Below, in pieces: positions 36,617 to 49,152 of a stretch of 64,000 bases of DNA. Numbering within the stretch: position 1 is the stretch's first letter; each line of letters opens with the position of its first letter. This DNA comes from Fistulifera solaris (lineage: Eukaryota). Both the position numbers and the translations under genes were made by a program. Below the pieces are notes generated by a model. That model had not been told where the DNA came from. It ran no database searches and saw only the letters and a program-made list of their open reading frames with translations. The stretch lies in assembly GCA_030295235.1 (NCBI GenBank), contig AP026164.1:1054001-1118000 (forward strand), in the 5' to 3' direction.

Positions 36617-37742
36617 ATGACTTTCATCTTCATTATTCTTTCCTTGTGCAACTTGTTGAACGTTTCTTCTTTCTCGACACACTCCCACACGTTTCATCAT
36701 CGACCAACCGCTTTGAGGGTGACCGACGACCCCCAGAACATCGTTGTCATCGGATCAGGGGCGGTAGGAAGTTACTACGGGGCCCGCCTTTGGGAAGCAG
36801 GTCATAATGTGACCTTTCTATTCAGACCAGGACCCAATTATGAGGCTGTGAAGCAACAAGGCTCCTTAATGGTGGGCTCCGTCTACGGGGATATCCAAGT
36901 ACCAGCATCGGAGATTCGATTGCACGAAACACAACAGTCACAATCTTCGGATATTGATTGGGTGGTAGTCGCTTTCAAATCCACATCTCTCGAAAGCATC
37001 CCATCACTACTTTTACCTTGGCTCAATCCGACGAGAACCCGCGTGTTGGTGATTATGAATGGGCTGATCGAAGACGATCTCATTGACTTGTTAAAAAGAG
37101 AAACAGGACAACAAGACAATGGCCCGCTGCAGTGCATAAAGACGCTGTACGGAGGGATGGCGTTGGTGTGTTCCAATCGAATCAAGCCCGCAACAGTTTA
37201 TCACTCGTACGCGGGTGCTTTGTCGGCGGGGATCGCCGATACGAAAGCTAACCACAGCGAGGAAGGAAAAGCGTTCGAGAAACTATTTCAATATGTACCA
37301 GCTATTGACACGACATTTGAGGACTCCTTACTTAGAGGCAGATGGAAGAAAATGGTGTGGAACTTACCCTTCAACGGTATCAGCGTCGCAATGGGGGGCA
37401 TAACGATTGATAAAGTAGTACAAGATCCTGGTCTCCGTCAGCTGGCAGAAAAAATTATGGACGAGACGAACGCTATTGCAAACGCTGATCTCGAGTCTCA
37501 TGGAGAAACCTTTAAACCTCTTGGTCAATCGGAAAAGACGCAGATGATGACATTATCGGACGGTATGGGGCCTTACAAAACATCTACGATGTTGGATTTT
37601 TGTCAATCGGAGATCGATGGAAGTAAAATACATCTTTCGAAAGCCGGTAGAACGGGCGAAAGCCTTAGGAATCCCTGTACCATATCTTGAGACGATTGTC
37701 ACACAGATCGAAGCTTTTCAACGTATGTATAACCTTTACTAA
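36617..37742 (+). CDS. 2-dehydropantoate (ketopantoate) reductase family protein with signal peptide; apparent frameshift near 37598
   Basis: VIGSGAVGSYYG, VAFKST, IMNG, RWKKMVWNLPFNG, YKTSTMLD. Confidence 0.88.
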
Positions 37743-37770
37743 GAAAATGACTTCATAACCATGCCATGCA

Positions 37771-39585
37771 TTAACTATCACTTTTACGCTTCCCAAAAAG
37801 ACGAAATCGGCGCTTATCCTGCTCTCCCGACATATACTTTGCTGAAAAATTTGTATCTTCAGGACTTGCAACTGTTTGCATACTAGTTGGGGAGTCAAAC
37901 TTTGGTTGACTTGAATTATTCTGTCGAACAGGTGAGCTCGGCTGGGAGTTCACGTTCCGGTTAACCAAACTCTTTGCATTAATCTCATATCCTTCTTCTG
38001 ACACTCCCCCAAGAGTCGGTCGAAGAGGACCAACATAACGCATAAAGGTTAATTCGACAGAGGCAATCTTGTCTCGAACGAGCGCAGCAACGTCACCGAC
38101 GGTCATGTTGATTGCACTTTTCCCATCAATCGCAGCAAGCTGATCACCTATTTGAACTTTGCCATTCGTAGCGGCGCTTCCTGTAGGCAGAACTTTTGTA
38201 ACCCAGCAGCCTATGCGGTGCTCCTGAAATATTAACCCCAGCGGCAATTCCAGATCAACAACAGTGAACTTGATATCCCTGGAGAAATCAATCTCGTGTG
38301 TATCATCGAACATGCAGCCCCGTAATCGATGCAAGGATCGGGCAGCTTCAATAGCGAGCTCAACAAGCCTCAAGTCTTCATCTAAACAAGGAGCCAATTC
38401 GCTTGATTTTAATGCCGTTGCCGTGTCTACAGTCCTGCTTGTCACGTTGCCATTGTTCAGCTTGTCATTACTAGCTTTCGAATCTCCCCCCAGAAATAAC
38501 TCTGATGCGTAGTCAAATAATTCTCCAGCTGCGCTCGGACACGTGACGAGTGTTGCGGCTAGACTATTTTCTGCCTCCTCCGATTCGTCTTTGCTTTTAC
38601 CACCGTCAAACAGATAGTTCCATACGCTAGTTATCGGATCCTGCCCATCTCCTTCCTTGGTCAGCGCTACATCGTCACCCCCCTGATGATTGTCGCTGGT
38701 GTTAGGCGTGCCGGTCTCCGATCGATCGTTCGTTGCGCCCGTCCTTTTCCCGGGTCTGTTGTCACTTCCGAGCAAAAGTATATCATTAATTAAATCGTCC
38801 ACTTCACTCTCCGCCGATTTTGAGTACGAGGAATGAATGGCTTGATATTCTTGCGCCGTTGAAGTATCTAATCCGCCGTTTTGCTTGTTATTTGTATGAG
38901 CGGTAGGTTTGCGGTTACTCACTGATCCTATCGTGTTGGATGTTGTCGATGATTCTTGTCTTTCTTCAAAGTCAAACAAGCTGTCGTCGTCCTTTTCGCC
39001 CTTCTTGTCAACTCCTCTTTGTGATGCTATTTCGAAATTCCCTTCATTTTGTGCTGGGGCGCCATCTATACTTGATTCATCTAAGTCCTTCAAAAAATCA
39101 TTCGATTCGATCCGTCTCGGAGCTGCGATTCGAGGACCAGGCAGATAAAATCGATCGACGGGCACTTTGGTGGTGTTTGCTTCTGTGACGTTTCCTTCAT
39201 CAAACGGGATTTCATCGCCAGATTCATGACTTGTAATTCCCGTAAAAGTAGCTGCTTGAATCAAACGATTCTCTTTCATCGGTAAAGCGGACGGTTTCTC
39301 AGCGCCGACATCTTCCTCAAACTCTTCTAGCTTTCGTGGATGTAACGTTTGTTGTTGCTGTCCTCCGGGGGCCATGTGAGACATCGGACTCGAGTCATCG
39401 CTCTGTGGTGTGAGAACTTTCGTCGGTGGTGCATCAAAAGGACCCTCGTCTCCGTCGTATTGCAAGGGCAGTGGAGCGTCGGCTGCTTTTACATTGAGCA
39501 CTTCCAAGCTCGCATCCTGCGGTCGAAAGGATTTGTCGTACGAGTCACTACGAATTCGACCAGGGGGATCGGGTTGCATTTTCAA
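37771..39585 (-). CDS. PDZ-domain protein with a long disordered N-terminus
   Basis: LPLGLIF...WVTKVLPTGSA...VQIGDQLAAIDG...VELTFMR. Confidence 0.8.
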   Translation of the reverse strand: MKMQPDPPGRIRSDSYDKSFRPQDASLEVLNVKAADAPLPLQYDGDEGPFDAPPTKVLTPQSDDSSPMSHMAPGGQQQQTLHPRKLEEFEEDVGAEKPSALPMKENRLIQAATFTGITSHESGDEIPFDEGNVTEANTTKVPVDRFYLPGPRIAAPRRIESNDFLKDLDESSIDGAPAQNEGNFEIASQRGVDKKGEKDDDSLFDFEERQESSTTSNTIGSVSNRKPTAHTNNKQNGGLDTSTAQEYQAIHSSYSKSAESEVDDLINDILLLGSDNRPGKRTGATNDRSETGTPNTSDNHQGGDDVALTKEGDGQDPITSVWNYLFDGGKSKDESEEAENSLAATLVTCPSAAGELFDYASELFLGGDSKASNDKLNNGNVTSRTVDTATALKSSELAPCLDEDLRLVELAIEAARSLHRLRGCMFDDTHEIDFSRDIKFTVVDLELPLGLIFQEHRIGCWVTKVLPTGSAATNGKVQIGDQLAAIDGKSAINMTVGDVAALVRDKIASVELTFMRYVGPLRPTLGGVSEEGYEINAKSLVNRNVNSQPSSPVRQNNSSQPKFDSPTSMQTVASPEDTNFSAKYMSGEQDKRRFRLFGKRKSDS

Positions 39586-40015
39586 TTATTGTCTTTAAAT
39601 TACTTTGGCTTGTCGATAGCGTGGAAAACTGCATGTCATTTTTACCGACGACAATGAAACAGTCCAGGTTGAAAAAGGAAGAGTTTGCGTTGCGACGAGT
39701 GTTTTCCGAAAACGACGGACGAGTTTTTAACGGCCGTTGAGCATTTGTTCTTCCTCCGCTTAAAACTTTCAGTGGTACAAGAAACCTAAAATGCGGAACA
39801 AGCCAAGACTACTTGAATGTCTTATACAAATTGTTCAACGGAAAAAGCTTTTGCATATCCACGCTAACCTTAGCTCTATGGAGGTGAACCATCGACATCG
39901 CAGAGCTCGGCGGGTCATGCGCGGTTTCATCCTTATTGCAATTGAAAGGCAATTAGTTCAATGATTGATTAACAAATAACAAAAATCTGTGCGCGCATTG
40001 CAGCGCTTCTCAACC

Positions 40016-40795
40016 ATGACAGCATTAATTGTGCAACAGTATACAAGTGTAGACCTTGCTGATTTATGGAGGTCTTCCTATCGGAGAGCCATGGGGCTAT
40101 CTGATGTACGAGCGTCAAAGCCGAAAAGCACTTCGTCGATCCGCATTACCAATTTAATGCGTTGTCACAGTGATCATGAAAAGGAAACAGAGACTTCTCC
40201 TGACAAATGGATGAATACTGCACTACAAATTCAAAACAATATGGAAGAAATGGCTCGATGGATTCGTCAAAAGAGACCCGTATACTGTGGCGTTCACATG
40301 TCCGATTCAGAGGCTTCGCTGATTCAATCTACGATCATGTCATTTACCGCTACAACTGCTACTGAGATTGAGTCACTACGAGGATTAATTGCTCCGCAGG
40401 ATTCCGAACAACGTACACATCATCAAACATCGATTGTTCAGATTTTGTTGGGGCGCTTGAAGGAAGAAATCGCCGAACCCTTTGGTAAAATGCAAAAGCT
40501 TCGGACGCGGGCTGCTGTTCGATTATGGCAGCACCCTTTGGAATGCAAGCTGTTTGATTCGAGTCATCGATTCAACCCAAAACGACCACCTCATAAGTTA
40601 CAGTTTGATTTTCTCAGCGCCTACGAAGACGACGAAATTACTGTCGAGAAGCCCAAGACAGGTATTGTTTTTGGCAGCCAACCCGCAAGGAGGCGAGAAA
40701 AAGATAGTACTGTTGATCGAGTTTCTGAAGAAACTGATACTCTGTCATCCTCAAAAAACGTTCGTTTCGACATAGATCAGCAACAGAACAGCTGA
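40016..40795 (+). CDS. Hypothetical protein resembling the syntaxin-18/Ufe1 N-terminal region
   Basis: Helical pattern MSDSEASLIQ..F...EIESLR...HHQ..VQILL..LK; no SNARE or TM segment visible. Confidence 0.4.
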   Translation: MTALIVQQYTSVDLADLWRSSYRRAMGLSDVRASKPKSTSSIRITNLMRCHSDHEKETETSPDKWMNTALQIQNNMEEMARWIRQKRPVYCGVHMSDSEASLIQSTIMSFTATTATEIESLRGLIAPQDSEQRTHHQTSIVQILLGRLKEEIAEPFGKMQKLRTRAAVRLWQHPLECKLFDSSHRFNPKRPPHKLQFDFLSAYEDDEITVEKPKTGIVFGSQPARRREKDSTVDRVSEETDTLSSSKNVRFDIDQQQNS

Positions 40796-41659
40796 AGATG
40801 CCCTCTATGCCTCAAGTCCGAAAGCAGGAGAGTTCGATTACAAAGGCAAACTTTTGCAGACAGATGGCACAGGTAGAACGACAAAGCTCACGAAGCTTTT
40901 CAAGCGTCGTGATAACGAAAATAAGCTGTTTGGTGCAATTAAGCGCATGCGCCTGGACCGATAAGCTTCAAAATCATGACGTAGTAATTCGTATAAAATC
41001 TTCGAAATGAACTGTCCCAGTGCATAGAAACGTGCTAAAACGAGGTTAACACTTTAGTGCCCTTTGCTTTAGTGAAATTCATATCTTGAAAGATGCATGA
41101 CTGAGAGGTTCGTTGTTGCGCGAGGAAAGTTGAACATCATAGATGATCACTGTATACTTGTTCCTCTTACCTCTTGGTATAACGTATCGCGTATAGGTCC
41201 GGGACTGAACTTAAGTTGAGTTGAGTCAGTCGGAATTTCGTCAAGCCTTCCGTAGGAATTGACGTTGATGTTGATGCGATACCAGGCATTTCACGAAATG
41301 AAACTGGCGCCAATTCATTGCTACTGGCTCACATATTTAGCGAAAGCAACAATAATAGAAAAATCAATCCATTAGTCTGCGAGATTTGTTAGCGTTCATT
41401 GCTTTGGAACGTGGATTAGGACCGTCTTAGCCTTATACCTGGAACTTCTTACAGTACTTCATATCTATAGATTATAAATCATAACTCATTGCTAATTGCT
41501 CATTGCCCATTGCTTCATAACCATGATCGCTAACTTACGGGACTGAAATTAAGTCATGATTAGAAGAGTTCGTCGGCATCATATGCACACCGGCGCACTG
41601 TTGCTATCTCGCGCTCAAATGTTGATGATCATCGTCATACGGAGTACTGTAATCATTCC

Positions 41660-42840
41660 ATGATGAAAGGTATATTATACATTCAATTATTCGTTGCGCT
41701 GATCCACTCTACAAAGGGCTGGGCTTCTCTCAGCTACGCGACAATACGCCGACAAGCAACTTCTCGCTCCTTTCGTCTACAAAGTTCAAGATCAGAAAAC
41801 ATCGACCTTGAAGTGCTCAAGAAAGAGCTCTCCGAATACCTTGAGAAGAGAAAAGAATTATCAGCTGACGAGCTTGCAAAGAGTAAGTTTGTCTCGATGC
41901 AATTCGAATTATACGTCTTTCTCGTGTACTAACTTTTTCTTAAGAAATGTCGGCAAGACAATCGGAGGCACGAAAGGGAATCCAATCTTAGAATTTGTCA
42001 GCGCTGCTCCGAATAAAGGTTTTGTTATTGAGACACCACCTAATCCTTTTGATTACGATGAATTGACAAAGTACGGCTACGGTCACTTAGCAACACCAAT
42101 CATGAAAGCAGGGGGGCGATTTGCGATGTACGAACTTCTGGAAATGGAAGCGCCGCCAGTAACCACCAGACCCAAACCAAAGGCCGCACCAACGCTTGTC
42201 ATCGATCGGACGGGTGAAACTGATAAAGCTCGGTATTCGGGTCTGAAACTAGGTCAAGTACTTGATGATTCGCTTCAAGCCGAAGCATTACAAGCAGTGC
42301 AAAAGAAAATTGAGGCAGGAGAAGATCTTCGCTCTAAACTCGAGGAAGAGCTTTTGAACGCCCTTTACTGATCGACGCAATGTTGGCCCTAAACTCACCC
42401 CAGACTGGACGCCCGAGAGATTAGACGAATGGGGGAAACAACAAGGAAAAGCTCTGGCTTGGGCGAGAAAAGCACGGGAAGGGCAATTTGTGAAAGATCC
42501 ATTTGAATCACTCGATTTAGAGCTTTCCCAACGAATCTACTCCTTGTTGACGGCCTTTTTAATATCCATGGCTTTTGGTCGATCGACTCAGACATTGTTA
42601 GCCAATAACGACGTGTCGTTGTCCATGGAAATCCTTCAAGCACCTGCTGTCGTGCTTCTGATCGCCTCTGTTGTATCAAGTGTCCTCTCTAGTGCACAAG
42701 CGGGATCGCTGAACCGAAATCGATTAATCTGGTTTATTAAAGGGCTGCTAGGAGGACCATTGACCGTCAAACAGCTTGGTGGACTTTCCAACCTTTTGAC
42801 AGAAGCCGAAACGAATGCAATCGCTAACAAACGAATGTAA
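41660..42840 (+). CDS. Hypothetical, probably plastid-targeted membrane protein (intron near 41882-41945; frameshift near 42352)
   Basis: Signal peptide, overlapping ORFs 41660, 41808 and 42490, C-terminal hydrophobic segments. Confidence 0.6.
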
Positions 42841-43097
42841 TTCTGTCTACTTGCAATACTAACAATCATAAAAATTGCTTTGATAAGATATATAATGGCA
42901 AGATACCAGGCACTTTTTCAATTCATAAAACATGTTGTAAACTTTAACTAAAGCTAAGTGGCGCGTGTGCATATGTGAATTATTTACAAGGTCGGGTGGT
43001 ATGTACAGTAAATCACCCTTGCGCCCCAAAATTTGTTGAGGAAAGTATTTACATTGATCAGGCAGTAATAAAGGACCGTGATCAGGTATGTTCAGGC

Positions 43098-43694
43098 TTA
43101 TGTGCAAGCAGAAGTGGTCATCATAGCAAAGATGTAGGAAACATCTCGCATATCGTGTGGGCCATGATGAAAGCGCGACATGAGTGGTTCAGGTGTCTTG
43201 TAGACGTGTTGGTACATCGCATCTTTCAAGCTGTAATCTACGGTGTAGCCCGGAAAGTGTTTGCTTTTGCTCATGAATATGTTGGACGGACTGGTGGTGG
43301 AATCTGAAGTATGGGACCCAAGCAACTCGATCTGAAGCTCAAGGCTTTCGTTGGCGAAAGCAAGAGCCTCCTCGAGAGCTGCAGTAGCCGGTTGCTCCGA
43401 AATAGACACGTTGGCAACGTAAGGAACCTCCTCTTCGGTCAAAGAACTGTCTGTTGAAAGCTTAATTCTTTTGACCGAGTCGAGATCCGAAGATGCCGGC
43501 ATCCATTCAGCGTCATCGAAATCCCAGTCACCAAGAGAATTCAGGGTGGCTAGATTCGAGCAGGGCATTGAGCGCTTGAGTCCATTACAGAGACGCATTT
43601 TAATTTTTCTATCATTAAAATTGGAATTGTGTGAGCACAATGATGTATCCTCCTTGTCGGACTGGACGACTCTACGAACAGCGTCGGAGTTCAT
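43098..43694 (-). CDS. Hypothetical protein
   Basis: 198-aa ATG-initiated ORF with protein-like composition. Confidence 0.6.
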   Translation of the reverse strand: MNSDAVRRVVQSDKEDTSLCSHNSNFNDRKIKMRLCNGLKRSMPCSNLATLNSLGDWDFDDAEWMPASSDLDSVKRIKLSTDSSLTEEEVPYVANVSISEQPATAALEEALAFANESLELQIELLGSHTSDSTTSPSNIFMSKSKHFPGYTVDYSLKDAMYQHVYKTPEPLMSRFHHGPHDMRDVSYIFAMMTTSACT

Positions 43695-46021
43695 CAGTTT
43701 TCCAGTGAACTGTTGTTACCGTATTATGCGCGTTTCGAACTGTCGATAGGTCGTGTTCTGTTCTTCTTGTGTTCGCCGATGTTGCTTTCTGAAACGCACG
43801 ATGCTGACGCATGAACTGCAACCGAAACTTCTGTTCATCAGAAACATTGATTTCTGTTACGCTTTACGACGCATTACTTTGCCACGTACGAATTGTACTG
43901 CATTTTAAATTGAGACTTAATCTCGACGGCTATACCCGCACACTCGTGACTCAAGATATGACGAAGATTTCTGAGCGCAATGACTTTACGTTTCTGAAAA
44001 CGTAAGAATGACGACATAGAAACAAGTTACAAAGAAGGATATTGGATATCTATGGAATTAGGGAATTCGTGGGACAGAACAACAGATGTCTGATTTTCCG
44101 ACTGCAGATTGCAGATCCGTTGTGTGTTATTTGTGAACGGGTGTATTGTTTCTTTGTCGAATGTCAACGTGTATACACGACGCTAAGAAAGCGACACCAT
44201 CCTTTCTGAGAATGTTGGAAATACAGCGGGGGGAGAAGTAGAAGTAGAACCTCCAAGAACATCACTACCCACTACCATTCCCAGCTACCCAGCTACCAGG
44301 TGAGGACAATTATTCCGGACCAGCCAGTTAAACACAGAACACAGCCTGCTTCTTTTCTCCGGAAACTGCGAATGTGGATTGTCTATTTGTTCTATTAGCC
44401 TCTTTCCTCACCTATAGTACCGTCTTCTGCATTTAACATGACCTAACATTTGTGGTTGCGGCATCACCACAACAGGAACGGGAACGGTGTTCCGGTTCAG
44501 AGACAGGGAAAAGGTTTCAGTCTGGGCCAACCTTCTAGAAGCTAGAGCCTTCGTCCTCTAGTCCCTGAAATGAATGAATCAATGTGGAAGGTTGTTCACT
44601 TCCTGAAAAAGGTGCGTTTTGGTTGCCAGTTTTCGCAAGTGCAAATATTTTTAGAATTGAAAAGATGAACTCTACTCATTCGTAATTTAATAATCAATGC
44701 AATGGCGCGTTTGGCTAGGCTCTTTGAATCTCACACAACGCTGCAACGTTACAAAACATAATTAGAGTGATGTCATAGGCTTGTCAAGATTAATGAATTT
44801 GTCGGGGATAAAGTCAACAGTACCACAAACCATGACCGAAGTTTCTTGACTCGTACAACCATTAGCTCGAAGAGATTAAGCTAGGTTCATTAGCTCTTTT
44901 GACGGCAACGAAAATTACGGAGTGAGACTATGAAAATAGTATAGATTTGTGCTTAGCAATATCCCGGGTAGAAAATTCCGGGAGCCATACTAGTGACCAG
45001 CCCATGTAGGCTATTTGTTAACAAATGTAAACAAATTAAAACTAATTTTGGTCGTTCCCCTTTCCATACTCTAAGTAAATAGTCCATAGTGGAGCGGCGA
45101 GAACTTACTTCCGTGGTCATGACTCATGACTCGCGATCACGAGATCCGGGTCACGGTCACTGTGAAAAGTGAAAACTTAAGAACTGTTAAAGGAAGTGAC
45201 GTTTGACGTGGTACGTGTTGCACATTATTTATTTTTCGTTTCAAGTCTCCTTTGAAACTTGTCCTTTTATAGTCTCCTTTGAACGTACGCGGAAAGAATG
45301 AACGTTGGTTGTAGATTTTTTATTGATTCATAGTTACCTGGTACCTAATAATATTATTGATTCTTGATTCTTCATTTCTCATTTCCTAAAGTCAGAATGT
45401 AATTTTGACATTCGACTGAATTTTCCATTTTTCGCTTCATTTTGTCACATATATTCCAATCTGGCACTTCAGCTCTGCTTCTAGCTTCTAAAGCTCGTAT
45501 ATCAATGCGGAGTAGATACAGCTAAGCTTTACAGAGTACTTAGCGATGTGAAAAACAAAGAACAAAGAAAGCCAATTGTAACCAAAAGTGGTGAAAAAAG
45601 TGAAAAGCTTAAAAAAATACGCAGATACCTGGTACCAAAGTGTAGAATTCCGATTTCTTGCTCGCTGTTTGCTTATTGATCATGGATCAGGGCGTCTCCT
45701 GGCTCCTGGTTGGTAGGTTTTAATCCCTAAATTATAGACCCAATAGAATTGTTTAAAGGCCCATCGAATAATAATGCGTGCGACGCAAGCAGTTTTCTTT
45801 CACGCTTTCCCCGCTACTTGTGCCTTGTGCCTGGTACCTGGTATGTCCGAAATCAATCGTCCGAACGAAAGCCAAGCTAGCCAAGGGAGAGATAAAGATA
45901 AAAACCGCAAAGGAAAGTAAAGCTATCGACATTGAGACTCGTAAACAAACAACCGAAAGGGAGTAGGGAGGTGTGCTATATTAGATTTTTGACGTTGAGA
46001 CTTGCAAACAGACAATTGATC

Positions 46022-46580
46022 ATGGCTCCGCCGCAATCCATATTGAAAGACACCAACAATTCATTCGATGTGGCGACTGGTCATTCCTTCAATGCTGTAT
46101 GTTGGGGTGACTTGACAATATATGAATTTCCGAATATACTGGGCGATAATCCAGCTGTTCAGGAGGGCGCTCCTTTGACTATCGCTTGGAAGCACAGCGA
46201 TGTAAGTGTATTAACTGTTGATCATCACGAATTCATGCGACAAAGCAAACCTTGTCGAAAGCGAAAGGATCTCGTATTATCAGGAGGCGCACGCGATACT
46301 TTGTAAGTACTTGCTTATGTATGACCGTAAAAGCACATGATGATTTTTAACTGATCTTTTCTTCTCTCTCAGTTTACTCGGAGAAGGCTACCGATTGGAC
46401 GAACTTTTCAAAACTGCTGAAGAAGTGAGGCGAATTCGGGATAGTCGACGATCCAACATGAAGGGAAAATGGGACAAGTTTCTCTCTGTTATCGATGGAG
46501 CAGCGGCGCCTTTTCGCGCTAAGGATACCAAGAAAAAGATTGTATTAAAACCCAGAATTTTAGCTTCCAAGGCGGGCTAA
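46022..46580 (+). CDS. Hypothetical protein of a diatom-type family (IYEFPNILGDNP..GAPLTIAW motif), one intron ~46303-46372
   Basis: Motif plus a GTAAGT...CTCAG intron linking ORFs 45932 and 46395. Confidence 0.65.
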
Positions 46581-47313
46581 AAGTAAAAGTCATTGGGCTA
46601 ACGACTTCATAACTTTCAAAATCTAGCATATTAGTTGATATTTTTTTACTTGATTCCTTCCATAGGATCTCTGGCTATTTGGTTTCTGGCTCATTTTCCC
46701 CTTTTCAAGAGTAGAAAGGTTAGGAAGCCTACTGACGGAATTCAAAGCAAGTACCGGTAACTGGTAGTTACATAACAGTGAATGAAATATAGCATTGATG
46801 CATGAACCTTGGTAAGCTTTGGACGAACAGCGAGTCGTCGCTTCGCAACTTCCAGCTTGCAAAAGGTCATGAAGGCGCATTAGCTTTTCAACCACGAAAA
46901 CGCGAACGCTTCCTGTTTGCTACGAGACGCAACCACGACCAAAAGTGACTTGTTCTTCGGACTTTTTTGTCCTTACTTCGGACGCGTACCAGGTACCGGT
47001 ACCTGGTACCCTGATACAGTCCTCACGTTTTTTCGGTGAAATTTTTCTCTCTCCCTGTTCATCACGAAAGGGGCCAGTGAAAGAAAGTAAGTTGTCACAA
47101 CATTCGAACTTTCTAATAACACAACTGAACTTGCCGCAAGTCTAGCATGTCTTTGAGACCACACGAATCTTCTTAGAGCGCACTCTTAGATTTGGCTACG
47201 CGGTCAAGCAATTAACTTCACGATCCCCAAACGCTAGCTAGAGCCCTCATACAACTCGTAGCAGAGCAGGAATTCCTGAAAAAAATCGACTGATCTTAGC
47301 GGCACGAAGAAGC

Positions 47314-48141
47314 TTGCAACACCAGCAAATTGTCAATGAATCGTTTCCGCTTTCTCGTATCAGTGGCGTTCGACTCAATGAACTTGTTCGACTTCATGAA
47401 GCGCGACATCAGCAACAACTTTCACACTATGAGAGCAATCGGCCCATCGTTCCTAAAATTCCGACGGCGTCGTTCGTTCAGCCGCCATTTGCACGATCTG
47501 TCACCGCGTCGCATCCCGCTGATATTTTTGATTGGACCGTCGACGATGAGGACAATGCCGACAACTTGCTGGAAAGGAACGGCGATGTCAGGGAACATCA
47601 CGACAAAGGCTTTTGTAGAACTAGCCCAAAAGAAAATGAAGTAGTTTTGTCGAAAACAACATCTCGAAAAAGAAAAATAGATAATGTCACGAGGCGGGAC
47701 GAGATGTCAAAGCCATAGGATGTCACCATAGGTGCACGAGGAACAGCGCCCAAATCCCCGCTGATGGATCATCGATCAGCTCCTCCTTCTCGATTGCATT
47801 CCTCCGAGATGCGTTACATCAAAAGATATTGCCTTGATTGCACAGGCATTGCTGGACCAAATAGATAGCGTTGAGGCAGCAGAGCCTTCTATTCTTCAGG
47901 GACCTCTTCTACTTACACCTTTCATGCAAAAATTGTTAGCGAAACAGATTCAGAGTTCGGCAAAGAAAATTTCACAAACACCAAAGACAAAATAATTGTA
48001 AAGCTACAGTCTCAACTAGATGCTGCAAAGACGAAAGCTACTGCTGGTAAAGCCAGGGTAGATCAGATCAAAAAGGCGTGCGCTGCAAAGGTGGATGACG
48101 TCCGTCGACACAGCCAGCTGGCGATGCAAGCCTACATGTAA
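47314..48141 (+). CDS. Hypothetical protein, fragmented, with a coiled-coil-like 3' part
   Basis: ORF 47314-47718 plus downstream coding-like sequence ending MQAYM*. Confidence 0.4.
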
Positions 48142-48258
48142 GCAACCGTAAATGCATTTTCGATCGACTTCAACAAACGAAAAACTATGACTAGCTTCGC
48201 ATGTAACAGAATCTGTTCACGGCTCAATCTCATGCTTTTTCTTTTATAATGGTGTCGT

Positions 48259-49152
48259 TTAAAAGCAGTAGTCTTCGTCGTCATCATCATCCTGATCCTT
48301 TTCTTGTGTCTTTGGTCGTTTCGACGGAGGTTCAGCACTTTCACCAGTTCTATATTTCCTTCGTAACTCCTCGACACTCAATCCAGCGTCCTCGTGCAGG
48401 GCTATCAGTTCATCATAATCGACACCGTCGTCCACCTCATCATCATCGTCCTCCACTTCATTCTCCATGCGGGTAGCCGCCACCGGTGTCGCAGCTGCTG
48501 CCGGTACTTGTGGGTGTGTCGATACGATTCTTACTTGACATACCAGGTTAATCTCGTTTCCCTGTACTGTTGGTGAATAGCCCCCTTGCAGTTCGAGTGA
48601 TTCGCCTTTGCCAGCGTCGGCTTGTTTGCCGTATACACTGTAGTAAAGAGCTGGAGCTTTCTTATTTTCTTCTTCGTCATCGTTATCGTCGTCGTCGGCA
48701 CGTTTCCCTTGTGACGGTGACAGAAAGGCGTCACAAGAATCCTGCACAGACCAAGTCATTTCCATCGTTCGGTGAGTCGGTGTGCCGCTGACTGACTCAA
48801 TATCACACGGCCCTTCCATGACGAATGCGTAAACTCTAATTGCGGGGTTTGCTGCGCTACTTAGCAAATTGCAATCAAGGGGTTTGATGGACGCCAGGTG
48901 AAATCCGTCGCCTCGGTAATGAAGAATGTTTTCTCGGTCGACGGATAATATCCCATCCAGTAGAGGAACAATTGCTCCGTCTTCCTCGTCGTCGGCATCG
49001 TCGTAGTCCGGAACAAACTCATCTTCTTCCTCTCCATCGTCTTCATGGTACTCTTCGTCATTACTATCCTCGTCGTCGTCCCCATCGACATATTCGACGG
49101 GATCTTCGGGTGTAAAATCGGACGGCGGAGGTTTTTGACTGGACATAATCAA
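48259..49152 (-). CDS. Acidic hypothetical protein
   Basis: 297-aa ORF, D/E tracts, C-terminal ELIALHEDAGLSVEELRRKY and basic KRPK. Confidence 0.7.
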   Translation of the reverse strand: MIMSSQKPPPSDFTPEDPVEYVDGDDDEDSNDEEYHEDDGEEEDEFVPDYDDADDEEDGAIVPLLDGILSVDRENILHYRGDGFHLASIKPLDCNLLSSAANPAIRVYAFVMEGPCDIESVSGTPTHRTMEMTWSVQDSCDAFLSPSQGKRADDDDNDDEEENKKAPALYYSVYGKQADAGKGESLELQGGYSPTVQGNEINLVCQVRIVSTHPQVPAAAATPVAATRMENEVEDDDDEVDDGVDYDELIALHEDAGLSVEELRRKYRTGESAEPPSKRPKTQEKDQDDDDDEDYCF

